Source: Planctomycetota bacterium
GTDB taxonomy: Bacteria > Planctomycetota > UBA1135 > UBA2386
Assembly (NCBI GenBank): GCA_046290465.1
Contig: JBKAGP010000001.1
Coordinates: 5,344,001-5,408,000 of the forward strand
DNA: 64,000 bases
Reading direction: 5' to 3'
Below are positions 1-9,023 of the stretch, piece by piece (the stretch's first letter is position 1; the number at the start of each line of letters is the position of its first letter). The translations under genes and the position numbers were made by a program. The notes beneath the pieces were generated by a model. It had not been told where the DNA came from, did no database searches, and was given only the letters and a program-made list of their open reading frames with translations.

Positions 1-993
1 CGCAGCGACGCGCTTCGGATCGGGCATGTAGAGGTGTTCGAGGGAATAGGGGAACGGGGTGTCGAAGCCGGCGACGCGCACGATCGGGCCTTCCATGTAC
101 TCGATGGCCTTCTCGGCGATGATCGCGCTCAGCTCGCCGCCGAAGCCGCCGGTCTTCGGCGCTTCGTAGACGATCACGACGCGGCCGGTCTTCTTGACCG
201 ACTCGAGGATGGTCTGCTCGTCGAGCGGCACCAGCGTGCGCAGGTCGACGATCTCGACGCTGCGGCCTTGCTCTTCCTGGGCGAGATCGGCGGCCTTCTG
301 GCAGACCGGCACCATCGCGCCGTAGCACAGCACGGTGACGTCGGTGCCCTCGCGCGCGATGCGCGCCTTGCCGAGTTCGACCGTGTGCTCGCCGAGCGGG
401 ACCTCGTCCTTGGCGTGGCGGTAGATCGCCTTCGGCTCCAGGAACATGACCGGGTCCTCGTCGCGGATCGACGAGATCAGCAGGCCCTTGGCGTCGGCCG
501 GCGTCGACGGGATCACGACCTTGAGGCCCGGCGTGTGGCAGAAGTACGCCTCGGCCGACTGGCTGTGGTAGTGGCCGCCGCGGATGCCGCCGCCATACGG
601 CGAACGGATCACCATCGGGCACGTGTATTCGCCGCCGGAGCGGTACCGCATCTTGGCGGCCTCGCTGACGATCTGGTCGAAGCCCGGGTAGATGAAGTCG
701 AGGAACTGGATCTCGGCGATCGGCCGCATGCCGTAGACGGCCATGCCGACGCCGGCGCCGAGGATGCCACACTCGCTGAGCGGCGTGTCGAAGCAGCGGT
801 TCTCGCCGAACTCCTCGTAGAGGCCCATCGTCGTGCCGAACACGCCGCCCTTCTTGCCGACGTCTTCGCCGAAGACGACGACGCGGTCGTCGTTGGCCAT
901 CTCGACGCGCATCGCGTCGTTGATCGCCTCGAGCATCGTCATGACCTTGGTGCCGGTCTTGCCTTCGCCCGCCTTGGTGTTGGTAGCAGTCAT
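1..993 (-). CDS. 2-oxoacid (pyruvate/branched-chain) dehydrogenase E1 beta subunit, 3' end runs off window
   Basis: Absent from ORF track because it is open at the edge. Manual translation from ATG 993: MTATNTK...MTMLEAINDAMRVEMANDDRVVVFGEDVGKKGGVFG...FDTPLSECGI...EIQFLDF...GGHYHSQS. Follows E1 alpha. Confidence 0.95.
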   Translation of the reverse strand, partial: MTATNTKAGEGKTGTKVMTMLEAINDAMRVEMANDDRVVVFGEDVGKKGGVFGTTMGLYEEFGENRCFDTPLSECGILGAGVGMAVYGMRPIAEIQFLDFIYPGFDQIVSEAAKMRYRSGGEYTCPMVIRSPYGGGIRGGHYHSQSAEAYFCHTPGLKVVIPSTPADAKGLLISSIRDEDPVMFLEPKAIYRHAKDEVPLGEHTVELGKARIAREGTDVTVLCYGAMVPVCQKAADLAQEEQGRSVEIVDLRTLVPLDEQTILESVKKTGRVVIVYEAPKTGGFGGELSAIIAEKAIEYMEGPIVRVAGFDTPFPYSLEHLYMPDPKRVAA

Positions 994-1123
994 GTTCTGT
1001 TGGGTGGGAGGGCGGGGTCGCGCCGCTCCAGGGTCAATGGTGTGTGGACTCGTGGATGTTGCTTCCCGCGGAGCGACGACCAGGATGATCTCTGGCCGAC
1101 TCGACCGCTCGCGGGCGATTCGG

Positions 1124-2236
1124 TCAGAGCGGGAAGTGGCCGACCTCGGCGCCGATGCCGCCCTTCTCGACGAGCTCGTGCAGGTACTTCTTCTGGTCCT
1201 TCAGCTGTTGCGTCGGGTTCATGTAGACGTCCTCGAACATCGTCTCGGGGCCGACCGGCGGCATCGCCTCGGCGACCTTGACGGCCGCGGCGATCTCCTC
1301 CTTGCTGCCCTCGACGCACTCCTTCTCGAAGTCCTCGCTCCAGAGCTTCTTGTGCTTGAGGTAGCGCTGGAAGCGCGCGATCGGGTCCTTCTTCTTCCAG
1401 GCCTCGAACTCCTTCTTGTCGCGGTAGCGGTCGGCGTCGTCGGACGACGAGTGCGAGGCGATCCGGTAGGTCACCGTCTCGATCAGCGTCGGGCCGTCGC
1501 CGCGGCGGGCGCGCTCGACCGCTTCCTTGGTGACGCGGTAGACGGCGAGGATGTCGTTGCCGTCGACGCGCACGCCCGGCATGCCGTAGGCGTCGGCCTT
1601 GATCGCCATCGACTCGCTCGCGGTCTGCTTGTCGTTGGGCACCGAGATCGCCCAGCCGTTGTTCTCGCAGACGAACACGACCGGCGCCTTGTAGACCGCG
1701 GCGAAGTTGAGGCCGCAGTGGAAGTCGTTGCTCGAGGTGCCGCCGTCGCCGCAGTAGGTCATGAAGACCGTGTCGTCGCCGCGGGCCCTGGCGGCCATGC
1801 CGGCGCCGGCGGCCTGGCTCAGCTGCGTGCCGATCGGCGAGCTGATCGAGACGAAGTTCGCCTGGCGGAAGCTGTAGTGCACCGGCATCTGGCGACCCTT
1901 GCTGGTGTCGCCCGAGTTGCCGAACCACTCGGCGATGATCTTCTCGTACGGGATGTCGCGCAGCAGCAGGATTCCCGGCTGGCGGTAGGCTGGGAACAGC
2001 CAGTCGCTGTCCTGCAGCGCGTAGGCGGTGCCGAGGTGCGAGGCCTCCTGCCCGGTCGACTGCAGGTAGAAGCCGATGCGGCCCTGACGCTGCAGCGCCA
2101 GGCCGCGGTCGTCGAGGGCGCGCGTGGCGCACATCAGCTTGTAGAGCCGCTTGAGCTCTTCCGGCGGCAGGTTCGGGTCCTTGCCCTTCTGTGCCTTGCC
2201 GTCCTTGTCGAGGATCGTCAGTAGTTCGAGACTCAT
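1124..2236 (-). CDS. 2-oxoacid dehydrogenase E1 alpha subunit (TPP-dependent, PdhA/BkdA type)
   Basis: RQGRIGFY..GQEA; TPP motif GDGGTS...CENNGWAIS; HSSSDD loop. ATG 2236 overlaps the lipA stop (ATGA). Confidence 0.95.
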   Translation of the reverse strand: MSLELLTILDKDGKAQKGKDPNLPPEELKRLYKLMCATRALDDRGLALQRQGRIGFYLQSTGQEASHLGTAYALQDSDWLFPAYRQPGILLLRDIPYEKIIAEWFGNSGDTSKGRQMPVHYSFRQANFVSISSPIGTQLSQAAGAGMAARARGDDTVFMTYCGDGGTSSNDFHCGLNFAAVYKAPVVFVCENNGWAISVPNDKQTASESMAIKADAYGMPGVRVDGNDILAVYRVTKEAVERARRGDGPTLIETVTYRIASHSSSDDADRYRDKKEFEAWKKKDPIARFQRYLKHKKLWSEDFEKECVEGSKEEIAAAVKVAEAMPPVGPETMFEDVYMNPTQQLKDQKKYLHELVEKGGIGAEVGHFPL

Positions 2237-3225
2237 GATTCGTTTCCTTCGGCCAGCTTGGATGGTCGATCCTGCCTGGCTTCCTCCGCCTTGCGTTGGC
2301 GCAGCAGCCCTTCGATGTAGAACTCGGCCGCCTTGTAGCTGGACCGGACCAGCGGACCGGACGCGACGTAGAGGAAGCCCTTGGTCATCGCCCGTTGTTG
2401 CAGTGCCTGGAAGCGCGCCGGCGTGACGTGCTCGCGCACCGGCAGGTGCAGCATCGACGGACGCAGGTACTGGCCGAACGTCACCACGTCGACCTCGAAC
2501 TCGCGCAGGTCGTCCATCGCCTGATCCAGCTCGCGCTCGCTCTCGCCGAGGCCGAGCATCAGCGAACTCTTGGTCACGACGTCGGGGCGGATCCGCTTGG
2601 CCATGCGCAGCGTCTCGAGCGAGCCGAGGTAGCTGCAGCGGTGGTCGCGGACGCGCGCCGTCAGGCGCAGCACGGTCTCGATGTTGTGGGCGTAGACGTC
2701 GACGCCCGACTCGAGCACGGTGCGGATGCTCGACTCGCGGCGCTGCAGGTCCTCGCGCTGGGTTTTGTCGGTCGGCAGCCAGTCGCCGACCAGCGCCTCG
2801 ACCAGCATCTCCGGCGCGCGCCGCTTGATCGCGCGGATGGTGTCGGCGACGTGCTGCGCGCCGCCGTCCGGCAGGTCGTCGCGGTCGACCATCGTCAGCA
2901 CGACGTACTTGAGCCCCATCGCGACGCACGACTCGGCGACCTTCTCGGGCTCCTCGGCGTCGACCGGCACGCCCTTGCTGTGCGTCTTGACCGCGCAGAA
3001 GCGGCAGCCGCGGGTGCAGGTGTCGCCGAGCACCATGAACGTCGCCGTGCCGCCATCCCAGCACTCGCCCATGTTGGGGCAGCGCGCCTCCTCGCAGACC
3101 GTGTGCAGGCCGCGGTCGCGCAGGGTCTTGGTCAGACGCGCCACGGTCGGACCCGAGGGGATCGGGACCTTCAGCCAGTCGGGCTTCTGCCCGGGGGTGA
3201 TGCGCTTGCTGTGGATCGACGACAT
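2233..3225 (-). CDS. lipA: lipoyl synthase
   Basis: KPDWLKV; CEEARCPNMGEC; radical SAM CTRGCRFC; HNIETV; GQYLRPS; C-terminal VRSSY. Confidence 0.97.
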   Translation of the reverse strand: MSSIHSKRITPGQKPDWLKVPIPSGPTVARLTKTLRDRGLHTVCEEARCPNMGECWDGGTATFMVLGDTCTRGCRFCAVKTHSKGVPVDAEEPEKVAESCVAMGLKYVVLTMVDRDDLPDGGAQHVADTIRAIKRRAPEMLVEALVGDWLPTDKTQREDLQRRESSIRTVLESGVDVYAHNIETVLRLTARVRDHRCSYLGSLETLRMAKRIRPDVVTKSSLMLGLGESERELDQAMDDLREFEVDVVTFGQYLRPSMLHLPVREHVTPARFQALQQRAMTKGFLYVASGPLVRSSYKAAEFYIEGLLRQRKAEEARQDRPSKLAEGNES

Positions 3226-3357
3226 TGCGGGGTTGCGCCGCAAGCCGCGGACACCGCGGCTGAAGGCCAGGGAGAGTAGGCAGCCACCCCGGGGAAGGCC
3301 AGTTAGATACCCGCAAGTATGCAACGTCGGATCGGGCGGTTGCGGCACGATCACGCC

Positions 3358-4422
3358 ATGCACAGCCGCCTTTGGGGCCCGCTCGGGACCCGCCTGTCGA
3401 CGCGCTTCGCGACCCTGCTGCTGCCGGTGCTGTTGGTCGCTCAGGATCCGGTGGAGTCGGATTCTCGGGCGGCTCCGGTGCCGGTCGTCGACCGCCTGGT
3501 GGCCGCGATGAAGGGCTGCCTGCGGGTGCCCGAGCCGACCACCAATGCGGTGCGCCGTGCCACGGGTGCGTCGCTGTTCGACGGCTCCTACGACTGGCAC
3601 TCCAACCTGTTCGCGCACTGGGCGCTGCTGGTGCACGCCCGCCGCAGCGGCGACGAAGAGCTGGCCCGCGGGGTGCTCGCGCCGTTGACGCCGGCGGCGC
3701 TGCAGCAAGAACGCGAACGGCTGGCCAAGGTGAGCCAGCGTCGGCGCGCGGTGTTCCCGTACGGCGAAGGCTGGCTGCTGCAGCTGCTGGACGAGCTCGA
3801 ACACCATCGCGAGGTCGCCGCGTCGACGCGGGCGTGGCGGCGGGAGATCGAACTCGAGGTGCTCGCATGGCTCGAGGCGCGGCCGTTCCCGGGCATCCCC
3901 GAGCAGCGGCGCAAGGGACCGTTCGCCGGCCGCAGGTTCCTCGGCTCGTATCGCTCGTGGGCGTGGAACTGGTACCAGCTGGCGCGCAGTGAGCCGATCG
4001 GCGAGGGCGTCGCGGCGCGGCTCGAGAAGCTGTTCGCCGACAAGCTGATGCCCAACGCGGCCGGCATGCTCGCGGAGCGCGAGCTGACCGTCTACGAGTT
4101 CCTCGACGTGCCGGCGATCGCGTTCCTGGTGCACGACGTCCGGCCGCTGCCGCAGGCGCCGAAGCTGCCGGAGATCGACACCGGACTGCCGCTGCCCGAC
4201 CAGGTGACGCTGCGCGACACGCACTCGCTCGGCAAGTGGATCTCGCGGCTGTGGCCGCTGGCGATCGCGGCGCGCACCGATCCGGCCGCGCGCGAACGGC
4301 TCGACCGGGAGCTGGCGCGCTACCTCGCGCGCGAGGACCTGTGGAACGGCGACTTCACGGTCATCCGCCACTGGATCCCGCAGTTCTTGTGGTTCGCGAT
4401 CCACCTCGCCGAGCCGAAGTAG
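3358..4422 (+). CDS. secreted DUF2891-like protein
   Basis: Signal peptide. [24 protein letters not shown] and C-terminal HWIPQF resemble DUF2891 motifs. Alternative start at 3319. Confidence 0.7.
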   Translation: MHSRLWGPLGTRLSTRFATLLLPVLLVAQDPVESDSRAAPVPVVDRLVAAMKGCLRVPEPTTNAVRRATGASLFDGSYDWHSNLFAHWALLVHARRSGDEELARGVLAPLTPAALQQERERLAKVSQRRRAVFPYGEGWLLQLLDELEHHREVAASTRAWRREIELEVLAWLEARPFPGIPEQRRKGPFAGRRFLGSYRSWAWNWYQLARSEPIGEGVAARLEKLFADKLMPNAAGMLAERELTVYEFLDVPAIAFLVHDVRPLPQAPKLPEIDTGLPLPDQVTLRDTHSLGKWISRLWPLAIAARTDPAARERLDRELARYLAREDLWNGDFTVIRHWIPQFLWFAIHLAEPK

Positions 4423-4603
4423 CGCTGAGCGCGTCGGGCAGGGGCCTTGGACCGTCGGTGCCATCGATGGGCGGGGCCGCCTGTGGCCGTCGACGCCGGG
4501 CGTGGCCGGCTCCGGCGCGCCGCCAGCTGCGCGGTCGGGTCGTAATCTTGTGGCGGGTCCGGGCGCCGCGTGCCGCCTGCGACTCCAGAGCCACGAGATC
4601 CCC

Positions 4604-7111
4604 GTGTTCCATACCCGCACCTCCGTATTCTTCGCCCTCGCCATGCTGCTGGGGCTCGCCGCCGCGCTGCCGGCCCAGGTCGTGACCCTCTCGGGGGACG
4701 TCTACGACGGCCAGATCGGCCCGCTGCAGAACGACACCTTCCACTGCCAGAACATCCGCGTGCCGCCGGGGCAGACGCTGACGCTGTCGGGCGTCAACCT
4801 GAAGTTCCACGACAACCGGTCGTTCACGATCGAGGGCACGGTCGACGCCAGCCAGGGTGCGTTCCTGACCTCGGTGCACGACGACGCGGTCGGCGGTGAC
4901 ACCAACGGCAACGGCGCGGCGACGGTGGCGCAGGCGGGTGACTGGCAGGGCGTGCGGTTTCCGAGCGGTGCGACCGGCAGCTCGATCCTCAACGCGTCGA
5001 TCCGCCACGCCGGTCGCGGCGGCAGCCCGGCGCTGCGCATCAACAGCTCCTCGGTCGAGCTGTCGATGACCAACGCGGTGATCGGCGACTCCGACGGCGT
5101 CGGCGCCGAACTCGGCAACTCGCGGCCGATCTTCAACAACCTGCTGGTGGCCGACTGCGCCGGCGTCGCGATGACCGGCTCGTTCGTGATGCTCGACCGG
5201 GTCGTCAACTGCACGGCGTGGAACTGCGCGGGCGGCAACTACATCGAGCGGCGGACCGCGCCCGGCGGCCAGCCGCAGTGGCCGCTCAACGGGCCGGCGG
5301 CGCTGACGTTCGGGCCGCAACACACGCTGGGCGGCACCGGCGTGATGGTCGTCAACGGGGTCGTCAACGTGCCCGCGGGCAACCATCTGACGCTCGACCT
5401 TGGCCTCGACTGCAAGCTGACCGCGAACGGCGCGTTCCTGATCCGCGGCGGCTTCGAAGCGATCGGCACGCCAGCGGATCCGTCGGTGTTCACGTCGCTG
5501 CGCGACGACACGGTCGGCGGCGACACCAACCTCGACGGCGCGGCGACTTCGCCGGCGCCGGGCGACTGGCGTTCGCTGCGGTGTGACGCGGCGACCGGCG
5601 AGTTCGGCTTCGTCGACGCGGAGGTGCGCTATGCCGGCGGTTCGCTCAGCTTCGGCGGCGGGGTCCTGGTCGGCACCGGCCGCTGTGACGCGCAGCGGCT
5701 GACGGTGCGCGACACGCTCGGCTTCGGCATCGACTTCGGCGTGACCAACACGTCGAGCCCCAACCACTCGTCGGTCGTCGACTGCACGTTCGTCGACCTG
5801 ACCGACGCGGGCATCCACGACGCGCCGCTCGACGACCTGCCCGACCATCGCGGCAACCAGGCCGTCGGCACGACGCCGGCGGTCACGCAGGTGCTGCCGC
5901 TGCTGCGGCGCGACACCGTGGTCGGGCCGGCCAACCTGGTCGCCGGGGTCGCACACATCGCCGGTTCGGTCTCGGTGCCGTCGGGGCTGCGCCTGACGGT
6001 GCTCGACGGCAGCGCCTGGAAGTTCTTCAACGGCACGTCGATCACGACGCAGTCCGGCATCTTCGAACTGCTCGGCACGCCCGACGCGCCGATTGTGTTC
6101 ACGTCGCTGCTCGACGACACCGTCGGCGGTGACACCAACGGCGACGGTGCGGCGACCATGCCGGTGGCCGGCAACTGGACCGGCGTGCGCATGAACGGCT
6201 CGACCGCGTCGCGCGCCGTGCACTTCGACGTGCGCTACGCGACGACCGGGGTGCAGGTGCAGTCCTCGCAGGGCGTGCTGCGTGCGGCGCGCGCGCTGCG
6301 CTGCCGCGACGGCTTCTCGCTGTCGGCGCACCAGGGGCCGCTCGACAACCTGGTCGCCGCCGACTGCACCCGCGACGGCCTGCGGGTCTCCGGCAGCGGC
6401 TACGACGTGCGGCACGCGTCGGTCGCCGGCTGCGCCGACGCCGGCATCGACGCGACCGGCTTCTCCGGCGCAGTGCGCAACTCGATCGCGTGGAACAACG
6501 TCGGCGGCAACTTCGTCGGCATCACCGCGAGTTCGGTGTTCGACTCGTGCGGCGACTTCGCCGGCCAGAACGGCAACCTCGTCGCCAACCCGCAGTTCGC
6601 CGATCCGCTGGTGCTGACGCTGTCGGCGTCGTCGCCGTGCGTCGATGCGGCGGGTCTCGCCGCCGCGGTCCCGGTCGCGACCGACGTGGTCGGCAACTCG
6701 CGCGTCAGCGCACCCGGCTTCGGCCCGACGGCGCTGCCCGACATGGGCGCCTACGAGGTCGTCGGCTGTCGCCTGCTGGTCGATCGACCGGTGCCGCACG
6801 TCGGCGACACGATCACGTTCGGCCTGCTGCCCGGCAGCCCGGCCAACCACGGCCTCGGCTTCGTCGGCGCGGGCGTCGGCCACGTCGGCGGCCTGGCGCT
6901 GCTGCAGCCGTACGGGATCCTCAACACCGGCTTCCCGCAGCTGATCACGCTCGGCTTCGGGCCGAGCACGGCGGCGGTGCACTTCGCGGTGCCGCCCGAT
7001 CCGCTGCTCAACGGCTTCGAGATGTCGGTGCAGGGACTGCTGGTCCCGATCCCGTTCCCGGCGGGCGGCAGCCTGACCAACGTGGTCAGGCTGCGGGTGG
7101 TCGGGCCGTAG
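4604..7111 (+). CDS. secreted parallel beta-helix repeat protein with choice-of-anchor-Q-like motif and C-terminal beta-sandwich domain
   Basis: Signal peptide ending LPA|Q; three TSxxDDxVGGDTNxxG repeats; SSPCVDA...DVVGNSR...PDMGAYE motif. Start GTG 4604 or ATG 4643. Confidence 0.75.
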   Translation: MFHTRTSVFFALAMLLGLAAALPAQVVTLSGDVYDGQIGPLQNDTFHCQNIRVPPGQTLTLSGVNLKFHDNRSFTIEGTVDASQGAFLTSVHDDAVGGDTNGNGAATVAQAGDWQGVRFPSGATGSSILNASIRHAGRGGSPALRINSSSVELSMTNAVIGDSDGVGAELGNSRPIFNNLLVADCAGVAMTGSFVMLDRVVNCTAWNCAGGNYIERRTAPGGQPQWPLNGPAALTFGPQHTLGGTGVMVVNGVVNVPAGNHLTLDLGLDCKLTANGAFLIRGGFEAIGTPADPSVFTSLRDDTVGGDTNLDGAATSPAPGDWRSLRCDAATGEFGFVDAEVRYAGGSLSFGGGVLVGTGRCDAQRLTVRDTLGFGIDFGVTNTSSPNHSSVVDCTFVDLTDAGIHDAPLDDLPDHRGNQAVGTTPAVTQVLPLLRRDTVVGPANLVAGVAHIAGSVSVPSGLRLTVLDGSAWKFFNGTSITTQSGIFELLGTPDAPIVFTSLLDDTVGGDTNGDGAATMPVAGNWTGVRMNGSTASRAVHFDVRYATTGVQVQSSQGVLRAARALRCRDGFSLSAHQGPLDNLVAADCTRDGLRVSGSGYDVRHASVAGCADAGIDATGFSGAVRNSIAWNNVGGNFVGITASSVFDSCGDFAGQNGNLVANPQFADPLVLTLSASSPCVDAAGLAAAVPVATDVVGNSRVSAPGFGPTALPDMGAYEVVGCRLLVDRPVPHVGDTITFGLLPGSPANHGLGFVGAGVGHVGGLALLQPYGILNTGFPQLITLGFGPSTAAVHFAVPPDPLLNGFEMSVQGLLVPIPFPAGGSLTNVVRLRVVGP

Positions 7112-7153
7112 GCGCGCCCGCAACCGGTTGCGTCCGGGATCGCAACGCCGGGC

Positions 7154-8878
7154 TCAGAACGAGCCCAGCGTGCCTTCGATGCCGTTGCTGGTGATCGCGC
7201 CGAACGTGTTGACCGCCGGGTTGCTGAACGTCGCGGCCTGCGTGAACAGCTTGGAGCCGATCAGCGCCGCCGGCGTCGCCGGGATCGCCAGGTTGTAGGC
7301 GTAGGTCGAGCCGGTCGGGAACCACGGGCCGAGCACCAGATCGAGGTTGGCGCGCAGCTCACAGCCGGGCATGCCGAGGAAGCCGAGGTCCGGGATCGCC
7401 GGGTCGGTCTCGCCCCAGATCGTCAGGCCGAACACTGTCGTCGCCGGGATGTCGACGACCTCGAGGTCCCAGCTGCTGCCGAGCACCGGGTTGGTGACCG
7501 AGTCGAGCGACAGCGGGATGATGTCGGTGCTGCCGGTGATCAGCGCCGGCGTGGCCGAGATGTCGACCGCGCCCGGGTCGGCGCTCGGGCCGGCCGGCGA
7601 GTAGCCGACGAGCCAGTCCTCGGGGTTGGCGAAGCCGACCGTGCCGAAGCGGATCGCCCAGTCGCCGGTGATGACGTTGTAGTCGATCTGGATGTAGCAC
7701 GGGTCCTGCGTGTTCCAGCCGTTGACCCCGTCGTAGGTGACGCGGGTCTGGCCGGTCGCGACGTCTTCCTCGTAGGTGACCGTGCCCGACTGGTCGGGCT
7801 GCAGGTCGGTCCACGTGTAGACCGCGCCCGACGGGTTGTTGAGCAGCTCGTTGACGTTCGGCGTGAAGCCGTTGCTGTTGCCGGCGCCCATCGCGAACCA
7901 GCCGTTGGAGCCGACCGACATGCCGAGCGTGCCGGCGGCCACCTGGCCGTCGTCGGGCAGCGTCAGCACGGTGCCGCCGGCCGGATCGATGCCGCCGACG
8001 GGCAGCGGGCCGGTGCCGGCCGCGGTCAGCACCAGGTAGCCGGCGCCGGTGTTGGTGCCGGTGATGTCGGTGTTGGTCAGGTCGAACGCCGCCGTGTCCA
8101 TCTGCTCGTAGAACGACGTGAACTCACGGATGCAGCCCTGGCCGATCACCTTGGTCGCCGCCTGCACGCCGAAGTTGCACGCGACGATCGCGTAGCCGCC
8201 GTTGGCGTTGGACTGGTTGCTGAACGTGATCTCGGAGACCGCGTCGCCGACGAACGCGCTGAGGTCGATGCGACCTTCGGTCAGCGACAGGTTCTGGTCG
8301 GGGCTGGCCTGGTCGGTGCCGCCAGTGCCCGGGTAGGCGCCCTGGAACCAGTCGGGGCCCGACAGGGTCGCGGTGGTGGTGGCGCCGGTCAGGAACGTCA
8401 CGGTCACGTCGAACGAGCCGCCGCCGTTGCTGATCTGGTAGAGGAAGCCGAGGCTCGAGCCCGGCGTGACGACGATCGGCGTCGCCAGCACGGTCTGCTG
8501 CGGGCCGGTCTGGTCGACGACCGGCAGCCACGACGGCTGGATACCGATGTTGTCGCCGTCCGGCGTCGGATCGAACGCCCAGATGCCGCCGGCGACCGCG
8601 TTGCGGTTGCCGAGGTGCACGATGTCGAGCACACCCGGCGTCGCGACCAGGCTGTAGTTGGCGAGCAGCGGATCGCTCGGGATGCCGGCCGAGAAGTCGA
8701 GCGCGCGGTCCGAGATCGAACGGAAGCCGTTCGGGTCGTCGGGCAGGCCGGCTTCGCCGGCGTGGATCATGCCGTTGAAGTTGTAGTTGAGCGGGACGGG
8801 AGTGCTCTGCGCGGTGGCCGCAACCGTGGTGACGGTTGCGCCGGCGAGCAGCGAGAGCGAACGAAGGAAGCGGGTCAT
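7154..8878 (-). CDS. secreted hypothetical protein with conserved-looking C-terminal domain (..LGMPGC..IP..LIG..FTQ..TSNG)
   Basis: 574-aa ORF with typical codon usage, signal peptide ATA|Q and Gly/Thr/Asn-rich extracellular composition. Confidence 0.8.
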   Translation of the reverse strand: MTRFLRSLSLLAGATVTTVAATAQSTPVPLNYNFNGMIHAGEAGLPDDPNGFRSISDRALDFSAGIPSDPLLANYSLVATPGVLDIVHLGNRNAVAGGIWAFDPTPDGDNIGIQPSWLPVVDQTGPQQTVLATPIVVTPGSSLGFLYQISNGGGSFDVTVTFLTGATTTATLSGPDWFQGAYPGTGGTDQASPDQNLSLTEGRIDLSAFVGDAVSEITFSNQSNANGGYAIVACNFGVQAATKVIGQGCIREFTSFYEQMDTAAFDLTNTDITGTNTGAGYLVLTAAGTGPLPVGGIDPAGGTVLTLPDDGQVAAGTLGMSVGSNGWFAMGAGNSNGFTPNVNELLNNPSGAVYTWTDLQPDQSGTVTYEEDVATGQTRVTYDGVNGWNTQDPCYIQIDYNVITGDWAIRFGTVGFANPEDWLVGYSPAGPSADPGAVDISATPALITGSTDIIPLSLDSVTNPVLGSSWDLEVVDIPATTVFGLTIWGETDPAIPDLGFLGMPGCELRANLDLVLGPWFPTGSTYAYNLAIPATPAALIGSKLFTQAATFSNPAVNTFGAITSNGIEGTLGSF

Positions 8879-9023
8879 GTCGGCACATCATCCATCGCGA
8901 CGCGCCCTGCGCACAAGCGTGCAATCCCCGGGCGATCTTGGGACAGACGGAGCGCCGCATCCGCGTCGGTCGCCGAGGCGGTAACACGTCCACGCCATCG
9001 GGCGGAACGTCCCGGTCGTTCGG

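Noticed and set aside
1124..4644. Long N-terminal extensions from the ORF track (E1 alpha 914 aa, LipA 803 aa; likewise sialidase, CobB, RsgA, ThuA, desulfurase)
   Set aside because: The extensions overlap real neighbouring genes; internal starts give family-typical N-termini and stop/start overlaps.
7112..7153. Inverted repeats between convergent genes as an intrinsic terminator
   Set aside because: GC hairpins are possible (gttgcg...cgcaac), but there is no U-tract and such stems are expected by chance at this GC content.
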